Source: Octopus sinensis
Lineage: Eukaryota
Direction: 5' to 3'
Length of the DNA stretch: 64,000 bases
Assembly: GCF_006345805.1 (NCBI RefSeq)
Contig: NC_043000.1
Span: forward strand, 161,882,001-161,946,000
Positions 1 to 11,818 of the stretch are shown here, piece by piece (position 1 is the first letter of the stretch; each line of letters starts with the position of its first letter). The position numbers and the translations under genes are program-made. The notes beneath the pieces are model-generated. The model saw only the letters and a list, made by a program, of their open reading frames with translations. It had not been told where the DNA came from and searched no databases.

Positions 1-169
1 AAATATTTTTTTTTTATTTTAGAATGAATATTCTTAAACTAATGCCTAGTAAAAGTTTACTGTACAGTTGAAAACTTAACTGTGTAATTCTATATATGTG
101 TACAGACTTAGGCACACTCTCACACATACATACGAACACATGTAAATATAATCCTTAGCTACATATATC

Positions 170-495
170 CATGTTCTCGTGTATGTATATGTGAGCATGT
201 GTGTATATCCATACATTGTAGTCATGGGCCAGAATGCAGGGGACTTGAGAAGACTGAAAATAATTAAGCTACCATGCTTCTTTGGATGTGCAGTGTAAGT
301 GCGTATGAACAACAAAGTACGAATGTCTTGAGAGAAAAACTGGGTATAAAAGAGGAATCAGATGCAGGTTACAAGAATGAAAGCTGTGTTAGAATGGACA
401 TGTGTTAGGCATGGTTGAGGAGAGCTGTATAAAGAAAGGATTATCATTTAATGGGAATGAAGTTTCCAAAGGAGACCTGGGAAGATATGTGTTAA
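170..495 (+). mobile_element. Decayed RTE-clade LINE, ORF C-terminal fragment
   Basis: Broken reading gives NAGDLRRL..MLLWMCSVSAYEQQSTNVLREKLGI..GHVL.M.EESCIKK, similar to RTE C-termini and to other relics in this window. Confidence 0.6.
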
Positions 496-961
496 AATAG
501 TAGAGGCTCACCCCAGGCCCTTGAATCTGATGGAGGAGAGGCTAAAGGACCAGGATGACTGTCAATAGGCAGTTCTAAGGAAGACCCACCCATCTCTGCA
601 AAACTAAGATTCTGGAACATAATGTGTGTATATACACATATTTGTGTGTGTGCGCATGTTTTGTCTTGTGTATCTGCATAGTTCACCAGTTTTTCCCTCT
701 TACCACATATCCATCTTACTCCTGTCCTCTGCATTCAAATTTTACATTGGTCACCTTCAATCACAATACATACAAATCATTTCTCTCTCCCTGTCTCTCT
801 CTCTCTCTCTCTCCCACTCGTTCATTCTTCCTCTGTATACTCTTCTGCTGGTCTTCCCTTATTACTGTCCAACACATTGTATCATTCTGCATCTACCACC
901 CCTTATGTACTGATCATTAAATCCACCCCATCCCCCAACTCTACCCAATTTCTACAGTTCT

Positions 962-1381
962 ATAGGTGTAAGAGTGGCTGTGTGGTAAGTAACTTACTTA
1001 CGAACCACATGGTTCCGGGTTCAGTCCCACTACGTGGCACTTTGGACAAGTGTCTTCTACAATAGCCTCCAGCCGACCAAAGCCTTGCGAGTGGATTTGA
1101 TAGATGGAAACTGAAAGAAGACCGTTATATATATGTATATATGTATATATATGTATATATATGTGTGTGTGTTTGTGTGTCTGTGTTTGTCCCCTCAACA
1201 TCGCTTGACAATTGATGCTGGTGTGTTTACGTACCCGTAACTTAGCGATTCGGCAAAAGAGACCAATAGAATAAGTACTAGGCTTACCTAGAATAAGTCC
1301 TGGGTTCAATTTGCTCGACTAAAGGTGGTGCTCCAGCATGGCTGCAGTCAAATGACTGAAACAAGTAAAAGAGTAAAAGAG
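962..1381 (+). mobile_element. Full-length tRNA-headed SINE with internal (TA)/(TG) tract
   Basis: A-box-like TGGCTGTGTGGTA and B-box-like GGTTCAGTCCC, tail ACAAGTAAAAGAGTAAAAGAG; homologous pieces at ~4040-4176, 12420-12620, 17960-18540, 30722-30895, 34800-34965. Confidence 0.8.
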
Positions 1382-2159
1382 TTCTTGCCTACTCTTTCTA
1401 ACTTTCTATCCGACATATACTTAGCGTCCCCCAGTCACTTCTACTCCCTTTGTACTTTGAGGGTCCAGCCTGAGACCTTCTCATCATTATTTTTATCATT
1501 ATCTAGCTCCATCCAGTTATCCGCATTCTCCCTTACATAATGTGAGTAGTCATGTTTCTCCTCTACAGCAAGAAATCTGTTCTGGCCCCTTTCCACTGCA
1601 GCCTGACTCATTTAAAGGGAATCTTAATTGTGCAAGCTATACATTGACCTTACTAGGGCTGCTGCCACAAAAAACAGAAAACATCACCCTATGCATGCTG
1701 TAAAGGGGTTGGTGTTAGGGAGAGTATTCAGCTATAAGGAACATGGAAAAGCTAACATTTAAGCATGATGCAGTCATTGAACCCACCAGATTCTGTCAAA
1801 CCATCACATGCCAGCAAAGAACATGGACCCTAAAGGATTATTATATTTCCTTCCCTCCCCCCCTCCTTCTCTCTCTCCTCTCTCTCTCTCTGTATATATA
1901 CACACACACACATACGGATGGATGTGCTTATACATCTTATTCATTTTATATAAATACATGTGTATATATATATTAACATATATTTTATATATATGTATTC
2001 AAGCATGACCGTTGCCAGGGCTGCTGACTGGCTCCCTTGCTGGTGGCATCTAAAAAGTACCATTCGAGTGTGATCATTGCATACAAACATGGTAATGTGA
2101 ACATAAAAATTGATGATTGTATGTATGTATGTTCTGTATTTGTGTGTGTGTGTATAAGC

Positions 2160-2630
2160 ATCTATGCCACTCCATATATGGTAGTAGTAGGATTCATCGA
2201 AGAAGTTTTGTGGGAATATTGAATTCACAATCGGTCCCTGACATCCCGCATGCATATCCCGAGTGACGGGATGCCCTGTTTGCCGCGGCATCTCCACAGA
2301 CACAGGGACAGAACGACCTCGAAGCTGCCGGTTGCCAATCAGATGCTTCTTGGAATTTTCACCAGAGCCCCATTGGCCAGGCTGTGACCTTAATACCGCT
2401 CGGTGCCAGACCAATCCGCCTTGGGTGGCCCTACCAGGAACCGAAGTTCCCAATGGCATAGCTTTGACACTGCCCATTTACACCACCAAACCGCTTTGAG
2501 GAGGGGTTGGACTTTAGGGTAGAGAAGAGTTTGGACTTTAGGGTAGGAGGGGCTGGACTTTTGGGACTTTAGGTGATGCCGTTAGAACCAGAGAAGAAGC
2601 CAGCTCAACCCGCCCTGGGTGAATTCCATC
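2160..2630 (-). mobile_element. GC-rich segment resembling the 5' UTR of an RTE-clade LINE
   Basis: Minus strand reads AAAGCTATGCCATTGGGAACTTCGGTTCCTGGTAGGGCCACCCAAGGCGGATTGGTC, matching the GCTATGCC..GGTAGGG.C.CCCA..GGTC motif I recall from RTE/Rex3 leaders; CpG-rich relative to flanks. Confidence 0.5.
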
Positions 2631-2669
2631 ACAAGTACAAGTAAAGTACTCCATGTGTAAAGCAACTGC

Positions 2670-2870
2670 ACCACTTCATGAGCAAAGCACCCATGCTGGT
2701 GCCATGTAAAAAGCACCTAGCTCATTCTGTAAAGTGGTTAGCATTAAGGACATCCAGCTTTAGAAACCTAGGTGAATCGGGCTGGAACATAGTACAGCTC
2801 TAAAGCCTGTCCAGTTCTTGTCAAACAAACCAACCTATGCCAGCATGAAAAACAGATGTTAAATGATGAT
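2670..2870 (+). mobile_element. RTE 3'-tail element, degenerate copy
   Basis: GTGGTTAGCATTAAGGACATCCAGC..CCAACCTATGCCAGCATGAAAAACAGATGTTAAATGATGAT, same family as 36046-36916. Confidence 0.65.
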
Positions 2871-4188
2871 GGTGCTCAAGCATGGCCACAGATTTAGGGC
2901 TGAAATGTGTAAAAGAATAAAGGTATGATAATATTCTAGGATTTTATGTTATGATGCAATCTATGAATACATCAATAAAATTCTACTAGAACAGCAGTTG
3001 TAAATTTTAAATGCCATTTGTGTTCTTTTATATATATATATATATATCACTATATATATATATTGAACATATAGTCTAGTAACATTGCCTTGACTGAGGC
3101 AGGGCAATAATTAAGTAACATTTCCAGCTGCATGTAAGTTTTTGTAAATCCATATTTTATGGAGTGTTAAATGCTGGGAGGTAATATTTACATTTGAATA
3201 ATTCATTGCTGTATGTCTGAGAGCAGAATAAAATAGTTGGTTGGTTTAAGTGTTATTATTACAAGATCATGAATTACTTTATCTTATGTTTTTCACTGCT
3301 GAATACTGGTATGTTATTTGTTAATCATTATGTAAATGATTGCACAAATAGGTTGAAATGCCAGATCTTCGGAGAAATATAGTAATTCATTGCAAAACTA
3401 TGTACCATCATAAGATGGCTGGCAGTGCAAACATATAACTTTGTTTATATAACATAAGGAAAAACTCCTTTTAAAGCAATTAAAAAAAACGAAAGGGCTA
3501 GTATTTTTATGTTATCAGGAAAATAAAAATAAAAACAGGAATGATGTAGATTCTAAGTCTAAGAGGAAAAGGAGGTCAACTATCCATGTTGTCAATTGTT
3601 CAAAGAAATTCATACGAATTTGATTGGCCAAAATGTTAATTCAGTTTTTGTTGGTACTAAACTTCAAGCACTCTAATAAGTAGTGAACTCCAGTCTGTCC
3701 CTTACACAACACATGTGCACTTGTTAGCTATTCAACATGTAAACGTAATCTGATGTGAACTTGTGACGACACAGGTTGTGTATTCTGCATTAAAGGAAGA
3801 AACAGTTACAAGTGAAAATTCTGTCAATAATAATAATAATAAGCTTAAAGCTTATCAACATTCACTGTGAATTGATTAAAGAAAATAATGTAACATTGAG
3901 GCTTATAAGCCCTCCATGGAAGAAGTGAGTGTTAGCTTGCTTTGGGAATCGAACCCACACCTCTTATATTTGCAATAAGTGTGATTACACCAACCTACCA
4001 GCCCACTTTTTCCTGTTAGATTTAAGAACTTCTATATAATGGGCTTTTTGGGTTTCTGTCTACCAAATCCATTGATTAGGCTTTGGTTAGAGCTTTAGTA
4101 GTTAAAACTTGACCAAGGTGTCATGCAGTGGGACTGAACCTGGAACTATGTGGCAATGAAGCAAACTTCTTACCACTGCTATTGATAG

Positions 4189-4330
4189 ATGCTCTTATTC
4201 CTCTTACATTTGATCTCGAGAGAAGTTCAATCATGCTACAAGTTTAGCAGCAATGAGAAAATGAACCATCTCCTGTATATGGATGACCTAAAATCATTTG
4301 CCAAAACTGAGAAAGCTTTAGATTCATTGT
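4189..4330 (+). mobile_element. R4/Dong-clade non-LTR reverse transcriptase fragment
   Basis: Translates YKFSSNEKMNHLLYMDDLKSFAKTEKALDSL; HLLYMDDLK is the typical R4/Dong RT catalytic motif. Confidence 0.7.
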
Positions 4331-4479
4331 CTTTCTTTCCGGTTTTTTATATTTCTAACCCAACATGGTCATAACCTCTGTTGAACAATATTACTCTAAA
4401 AAGCCTGGCTGTTTTTTGTTTTTTTTAGCAGTTAATTGTTATCTAGCCAAAATCAAAGGAAAAATAATAATAATAATAA

Positions 4480-4871
4480 CGATTTCAAATTTTGGCACAA
4501 AGCCAGCATTTCTGAGGGAGGTATAAGTTGATTACATCGACCCCCAGTACTCAACTGCTACTTACTTTATCTGAAAGAAAGAAAGGTAAAGTTGACCTTA
4601 GCGGAATTTGAACTCAGAATACATAAAGACAGATGAAATACCTATTTCTTTACTACCCACATGGGGCTAAACATGGAGGGGACAAACAAGGACAGACAAA
4701 CGGATTAAGTCAATTATATCGACCCCAGTGCATAACTGGTACTTATTTAATCCACCCAAAAGGATGAAAGGCAAATTCGACCTCAGTGGAATTTGAACTC
4801 AGAGGAAATACCATTAAGCATTTTACCCAACATGCTAACGGTTCTGCTAGCTTACTGCCTTAATAATAGCC

Positions 4872-4903
<32 letters not shown>

Positions 4904-5105
4904 GATGATGCTTTTAAAAATTGGTACAAAGCTAGGGAAGGAAGTTAATCAATTACATTAACCTTAGTACTTTGCTGGTATTTATTTTATTTACACTGAA
5001 AAGATGAAAGACAATATCCTTCTTGACAGAATTTGGACTCAAAATGTAAAGAACTGAAAGAAATGCGGCTATTTTTATTTTGTCCAATGCTCTAACAATT
5101 CTGCC
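4480..5105 (-). mobile_element. Cluster of three partial Nin-domain SINE copies with (TAA)n tracts
   Basis: Repeated GATTACATCGACCCCAGT..GGTACTTA..GGATGAAAGGCAAA..GGAATTTGAACTC, homologous to 24826-25057. Confidence 0.7.
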
Positions 5106-5780
5106 AAACAATAGCAAAATGTCGACTACAAGAGGAACCACTAATGGTATATATATACATATATCATGAGAAGAAAGTAAAAGAAAGTGATTGTTGACAA
5201 TTTTATGGCATTTAGCCAAAGAAAATGCTATTTGGCAGATGCAGTGTATAGACTGTGTATCTGTGTAGTACCTACTCTCCCTGTCATTCTCTGTGACTCA
5301 CCCTCCACCATTTACTTCATTCACCCTTCAGTCCTATCCAACCTCTAGTCCACATTTACCCTCTCCCACCTTCTACCCAACTCATATTTATAATCAACCA
5401 CCTCCACCTTCCATCTCAACCGTTGTTCATCATTCAGTTTATTCATACCCCTACCCTATCTCTAGCCATCTCTCACCCTCTCCATACACCTCTGCAACCT
5501 CTACCCACTCACCGTTACTGTACTTCTGCCCCTAGGGCTTCCACCGATACCTCATCACCGCTACCTTTATCTCCCTTTCCATTTTCACACTAATTACACT
5601 CACCCACTTTTGTGTAATAAGAGCAGCCAGATATCGATCTCCTCTACAACAAAAAAGCCATTCCAGTTCCTTCCTTTAGTCGTTAACCTTTCATCTTCTA
5701 GCATAAAGATGTCTCCTTGTCTATTTAGTGCCACTTACTTGAAGGGGATCTTAGTTTCTATCCACTGGTCAGTCAATAAT

Positions 5781-6270
5781 CATCATCATCGTTTAACGTC
5801 TGCTTTCCATGCTAGCATGGGTTGGACGATTTGACTGAGGTCTGGCGAACAAGATGGCTGCACCAGACTCTAATCTGATCTGGCAGGGTTTCTACTGCTG
5901 GATGCCCTTCCTAACACCAACTACTCCGAGAGTGTAGTGGGTGCTTTTACGTGCCACCAGCACGAGGGCCAGTCAGGCGGTACTGTCAACGGCCACACTC
6001 AAGTGGTGCTTTTTATGTGCCACCTGCACAGGAGCCAGTCCAGCAGCACTGGCAATAACCTCACTCGAATGTTTTTTCATGTGCCACCAGCACAAGTGCC
6101 AGTAAGGCAACACAGGTAACAATCACGCTTGAATGGTGTTTTTTTATGAGCCATTGGCACAGAGGCCAGCTTGTTGCTCTGGCAACGATCATACTCGTAT
6201 GGTACTCCTTAGCACTCCACTAGCACGGATGCCAGTCATTGAATTTGATTTCGATTTCATTTGCCTCAAC
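5781..6270 (-). mobile_element. RTE 3'-tail element with diverged internal ~60-bp repeats
   Basis: CATCATCATCGTTTAACGTCTGCTTTCCATGCTAGCATGGGTTGG.. family signature followed by repeated GTGCTTTT.A.GTGCCAC units. Confidence 0.8.
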
Positions 6271-7159
6271 CCGTGGCCTGCTGCTAATTTTGATACATAT
6301 GTCTAAGCCCTTTTCGAGAGCATATTGTTACCCTGGAAGAAGCTAACAAATAACCATGATCCAAGATACAAATTGTACGATACTAGCAGTAGCAGCAGGT
6401 CAACTTGTTCCTGTAGTCTATGCCTGTGGTTATAAGTATGTAAATGTGCATGGAACAGTGTGTAGATGGAATGAGGTCAATATGTGTTATTCTGGCTTTG
6501 TGTGTGTGTGTGTGTGTGTGTAATGTATGTACATATACATGTATATAATGTATGTTTATGTATGTATGCATGTATTTATATATGTATGTATATATGTATA
6601 TATGTGTGTGTGTGTGTATATATATTTATATATGTATATGTATGAATGTTTATATGAATGTATATCATATATATGTGCTGTTGGAAACCTTATACATGTC
6701 TGTGATTTATATATGTCTTTGTAAACAACAAAAGTCATGTGATGTCATAAGATAACTACATAAGTATGTAACCTGTCTCTCTGCCAGCCTGGAATCTTTC
6801 TGCCCAAATACCATAAACCTATCATGATTGGAAAGCCAATTTTACAATCCTAATACGATTTTGTTCAAGATTAATTATTCACTTTACCTTATCTCGACTT
6901 CCATCTATTACCCTCAGCCTTATCTTTATATTCTCTTCATATACTTCACGCCACAAGTGTTATTGGTTTGTCTGTTTTTATTTATCTTTTTAATGCTGTT
7001 CGTGTTTGCAATAGATAGTGTTGTTCTTTTTGACACTACCATAACTAATAGTGTAAATCCATGCCCCCTCAGCTCTACTTTTTGAGAGAGAGAGAGGGGG
7101 TAGGGGGAGAGAGAACATTGCAAACAATGAAGGAAATAAACGTGAAATGAAAAAATCAA

Positions 7160-7580
7160 ATAAATAAAAGGGCATTACTACAGATGTATACGCCCCCGAC
7201 TTTGTTGCCTTATAACATCCAGAAAAATGGATACTTTTTAACAAAATTTTCTACAAATACTGCTTAGATGTTGTGGCTTCTGAGTATATTGGAATTTATG
7301 GGAAAGAAGTTTTCTGAGGGGGTGGAGAGAGGAGTTTCAGAAAATTCACACGATCTGACTTTTCCCCCTCATAACTTTCAGGAAAATAGGTATCTTTTAA
7401 TGAAAGTTAATACAAATACCTTTCAAATAGCATAGATTATGATTATAAAGAAATTTGTGGGGGAAATATTTTCAGGGATTTTCCCCATTGTTTTTTTAAA
7501 CCACAGCCTTCAAAATGATGGGATTTATGGGGACGTCTTTGCGTAAAAAATGTTTCCATCCCTGTTTGTGTTAACAGTTA
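7160..7580. repeat. Non-autonomous element with two diverged internal repeats (possibly Helentron/HINE-like)
   Basis: ATAAC..GAAAA.TGGATA.TTTTAA..AAA.TT..TACAAATAC occurs at ~7212 and ~7371; class assignment tentative. Confidence 0.35.
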
Positions 7581-7772
7581 TATCATCCTTTCCCTAGAAA
7601 CTCTTCCTTTAGACATCCAACTCTTATTTTTTTATCATTACTCTCCACTCACATTTTCCATTGATCACCTTTTCTGTGCTATCAGTTATCTTTTCCTCTC
7701 TTCTGATCCACTTCCTACTGACACCTAAACCTCATTCTTAACAGAGTCTCATGTCTACTATCAACCATGCTA

Positions 7773-8068
7773 TCATCATCATCGGTTAACATCTGCTTTC
7801 CATGCTAGCATGGGTTGGACGGTTCAACTGGGGTCTGGGAGGCCAGAAGGCTGCACCAGGCCCAGTCTGATCTGGCAGTGTTTCTACAGCTGGATGCCCT
7901 TCCTAATGCCAACCACTCCGTGAGTGTAGTGGGTGCTTTTTACGTGCCACCGGCAAACGGCCATGATTGGATGGTGCTTTTTACGTGCCACCTGCACAGG
8001 TGCCAGATGAGGCTGGCAAACGGCCACGATCGGACGGTGCTTTTTACGTGTCACCGGCACGAAGGCCA
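7773..8068 (-). mobile_element. RTE 3'-tail element
   Basis: Near-identical (reverse complement) to 36730-36900. Confidence 0.8.
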
Positions 8069-8711
8069 GACAATCACTGTCTTTTTTTTTCCTTTTTGGC
8101 ATTCACTCCAGTTACCTTTCTATACTTCTAACCTCTTCCCATCTCCCTCACAATACATACCTCACACTCTATCCCACCATTCCTGCAACTGGCATCCATC
8201 CACCCCCACCTGTCATCTCCTTAATGTTTCAGCTTCACGATTTCACTATTATTCTCTTGCTCTTCACTGTTTTCATATTGACAACCATCTCCCCATCCTC
8301 TGAACTAATTCTGCTGACCTTCACCCGCTCACTCTTATCACCTTCTCTCCCAATTTATATTAACTATTGTTCATCCCTTCACCTTTGTTCACCATTCACT
8401 GCATTTATCCCGACCCTCATCACACACTTGCAGCTTTTACCCATCCTTCTTGATCTTTTGTCCCCCACACTATCTTCTATTTATCATCTTCTTGAAGGTA
8501 TCCTCTGACATTTCATAACCATCTTTATACCTCTTTCCAACTCCATCCAATTACTGTCCTCGTTATATGATGTTGGGTGGACATGCATTTCTTGTTTCTT
8601 CTATCATACTTAACACCTAGCATAAAGTCACCCGCACTCTACTATATTCCCAATTAGTCAAAAGATTTTTCTATCTAGTAAGTTACATAGCAGCTTTACT
8701 GAGGGCCCCAA

Positions 8712-8942
8712 ACAAGCACCAAGTACACTTTGTCAGGTGGTTGGCATTAGGAAGGGCAACTATCTATAGAAGCCATACCAAAGCAGACAGGAACACTACA
8801 TAGACTCCTGACATGTTGAAATCCTGTTCAACCAGCCAACCCATGCTTGCATAGAAGACAGAAATAAAATAATGGTGGTGGTGGTGATGGTGGTGATGGT
8901 GGTGGTGGTGGTGGTGGTGGTGGTGGTGGTGTGGTGGTGGTG
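8712..8942 (+). mobile_element. RTE 3'-tail element ending in a (GGT)n microsatellite
   Basis: GTGGTTGGCATTAGGAAGGGCA..CCAACCCATGCTTGCAT, then (GGT)n at ~8874-8941. Confidence 0.65.
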
Positions 8943-10114
8943 ACAATGACAATGACCACGATACTGCTGCAAAAAAAATATAAAAAAAACAGAGTCCAAA
9001 ATATTTATGTCAACAAGAATTAAATTCAGTTGAATGTTCTTACCAACAGAGCTACAAAATGACTATTATGCCCTCCCTTTTTTCCCTGAGAAATGTAAAC
9101 TCATTTGAGCTACAGCAGTTCTAAGAAAGACAATGAATGGAATTAAATGATGCAATAGAGTTAGAAAACAATTGAAATCATGTGTTCCTGTTTATAGCTT
9201 TCTATTAGCTGCAAACAATGTTGCATTACTGACTTCATGTTGGCAATACAATAGTAACTGCGCTGCTCAGAGAAAATAATGAGTTCCACAAATTGCAACT
9301 GAAGAGTTTGTTTCGAAACATAGATAAATTCATTGAAAACGGAATAAATTCTGAATTGACATTATTTTGAAAATAATTCTCTGATAATTGAGTTAGATAT
9401 CCACCTAGAATATTTCTCACTGTGTCTTTAGAACTATCCCTGTGTTTTCAGATAGCTTCAATGTTTTTAATTACTAACAAGCTTGCTTTATTCTTTCAAA
9501 TCAGATTAGTTGCTTTATAGAAATTAATCAGAAGAGGAGAAGCAGTATTAAAACTTTACAGGTTCTCTAGAATTAGTGAAAGTAAGGCAACCAGTCTCAA
9601 CATTTTTGCAACAGAAGAGTTGAAAGAGAGGCCAACATTTGCAACAAAGTGAACTCCACAATTAACACACAAGGACTAGATGGCATATTTAGAAAAACAA
9701 AGATAATTTAAGGGTCACTCGTAAGTTTATTTAATAAGGAATGAATGATAAAATTTATGTATTTTTAAAGGAAGCAATAATGATGAGATGAAAATACTTT
9801 TAACCACAAAGAAATAGTTTTCTTTGCTTTATAAACTGGATGAAATTCTATAACTTTTACTTACTCCACATAAAGAGTAGAAATTGATGGAGAAAATCCC
9901 CAAGTACACTAATCATACCATTTATACTCCTAAGAAAGATATATAGTCTCTGTAAATTGGAAATATAGCTTTTCTGTGTGAAACATTTATTTCTTAATAC
10001 ATATATATTTATATAAATATATATACATGCACGTGTGTATGTGTGTGTGTGTGTGTGTGTGCGCACATGTGTGTAAGCATATGTAGGCATGAGTATGTAA
10101 ATATCATTATCATC

Positions 10115-10328
10115 ATTAATAGTTATCGCCAAGCTAATATGGCAGTCCATAAATATAGGACGAAAGCTGCCATTGATTAGCTCCAAGAGGCCATCGCCTC
10201 TAGCTAGCTATATGACACACAAACCTGTGTCCAAGCTAGCTAGAGGCAATGGCCTCTTGGAGCTAATCAACGGCAGCTTTTGTCCTATATTTATGGACTG
10301 CCATATTAGCTTGGCGATAACTATTAAT
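10115..10328. mobile_element. Near-perfect palindromic MITE-like element
   Basis: ~95-bp arms ATTAATAGTTATCGCCAAGCTAATATGGCAGTCC../..GGACTGCCATATTAGCTTGGCGATAACTATTAAT with 3 mismatches and a ~24-bp centre. Confidence 0.85.
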
Positions 10329-10377
10329 ATCTAGTACAGGTGACTGTAAACTTATTCAGAAATAATAATGTTTCTAT

Positions 10378-11270
10378 TATCATCATTATCATCTTTTAAA
10401 GTCCATCTTCCATACTGGCGTGAGTTGGATGGTTTGACAGGGTCCAACAGGTTTGAAGACAGAATCGTGCTTCAATGTTTGCATTGGCATGGTTTCTTCT
10501 ATTATTGGATGCCCTCTTAATGCCAGTCACTCTACAGAGCATCCTCACTGCATTTCTTTTAGTTGTATTAGTACCAGTGTGGAATCACACAACTTACAAT
10601 CCCTTTTAATTGAGTGGTGGTATATTTTTCGAGAGGGAGGCAGTTTCATAGTATGAAATGAGAGGCTAGAATATGAGAGAAATGTTAAGAAAAGAACAGG
10701 TTTCATGTTGTAGAGGAGATACATTGCTACTCTCATTATAAAAGTGGCAGAGGGAGTAAACAGCAGGGAGCTGTACAGAGAGATAAAATAGTGGTGGTGA
10801 TGAGGTGTCAGGGTGAACCCATAAGGTACAAAAGGAGGAGTAGTAATGAATGGAAATACAAGAACAGGGAAAGTGGATGGGTGGGTGGGTGGGTGTAGTT
10901 TGCAAGATTGTATGGGGAAAGTGAGAGGGGATTAGAGATGGGTAATGGGCGAAGGGATGAATATAATGAATGAAGAACAGGTGTTGTGGGATGATAGATA
11001 TATGTGCCCGAGAAGATAGGAAAGAGTAGATGATAACCAGTAGAAATTGGATAGAATTAAAAGATAAAGTGAATGGTGGATAAGGGTTGTTGGTGATCAG
11101 TGATATAAATGAGTTGGGGAAAGGTGAGAGAAATAGGTGTGGCTGACTGTACAGAAAGGGATGAATAAGTGCACAATAATAATAATGCAGTTTGGCAGGT
11201 ATTGAAAGTATCAGTAAGAAAAAAAGATGATAGGTAGTGGAAATGGATTGAGGAGAAAATTGGGTGGGTC
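10378..11270. repeat. RTE-tail copy joined to a conserved core and a long purine-rich degenerate tract
   Basis: 10690-10850 matches the reverse complement of 1440-1580 and 5510-5660 (TCTCCTCTACAAC core); G/A-rich tract extends to ~11270. Confidence 0.55.
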
Positions 11271-11475
11271 AGGATGGGGGGTCACTTGTGCACATACCTA
11301 CACTGTGCTTCCAAAATTTTTCAGTTTTGCTGAAATTGGCAGGTCTTTTTGAGTATCATATATTGCCAGTCATCTTAGCCTTTAGTCTTTCTTCCATGAT
11401 GTTGAAGGTCCAAGGACCAGCCTCCTGTGTGGGAATGGAGGGGTGTATATATATATGTGCATATACATGTGTGAA

Positions 11476-11818
11476 GGTGCATGGCTCAGTGGTTAAAGTG
11501 TCAAGCTTACAATCATGAGGTTGTGAGTTCAATTCCCGGACCATGCTACGTGTTGTGTTCTTGAGCAAAATACTTTATTTCACGTAGCTCCAGTTCACTC
11601 AGCTGTAGAAATGAGTTGCGACATCACAGGTGCCAAGCTGTATCGGCACCTTTGCCTTTCCCTTGGATAACACTGGTAGCATGGAGAGGGGAGGTCGGTA
11701 TGCATGGGCAACTGCTAGCCTTCCATAAACAACCTTGCCCGGACTTGTGCCTCGGAGGGTAACTTTCTAGGTGCTTTCTAGGTGCTATTGCATGGTCATT
11801 CATGACCAAAGGTGGTTT
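11476..11818 (+). mobile_element. tRNA-headed SINE with CORE-like central domain
   Basis: TGGCTCAGTGGTTAAAG A-box, GAGTTCAATTCC B-box, then GTGTTCTTGAGCAAAATACTT..CACTCAGCTGTAGAAATGAGT. Confidence 0.7.

Noticed and set aside
1941-2477. 178-aa minus-strand ORF
   Set aside because: Runs through a GC-rich repeat leader into microsatellite; no recognisable domain
8764-8999. Poly-His / poly-Thr ORFs
   Set aside because: Translations of a (GGT)n microsatellite
9299-9326. CTGAAGA..GAAAC hammerhead-like match
   Set aside because: No convincing stems or correctly placed cleavage triplet
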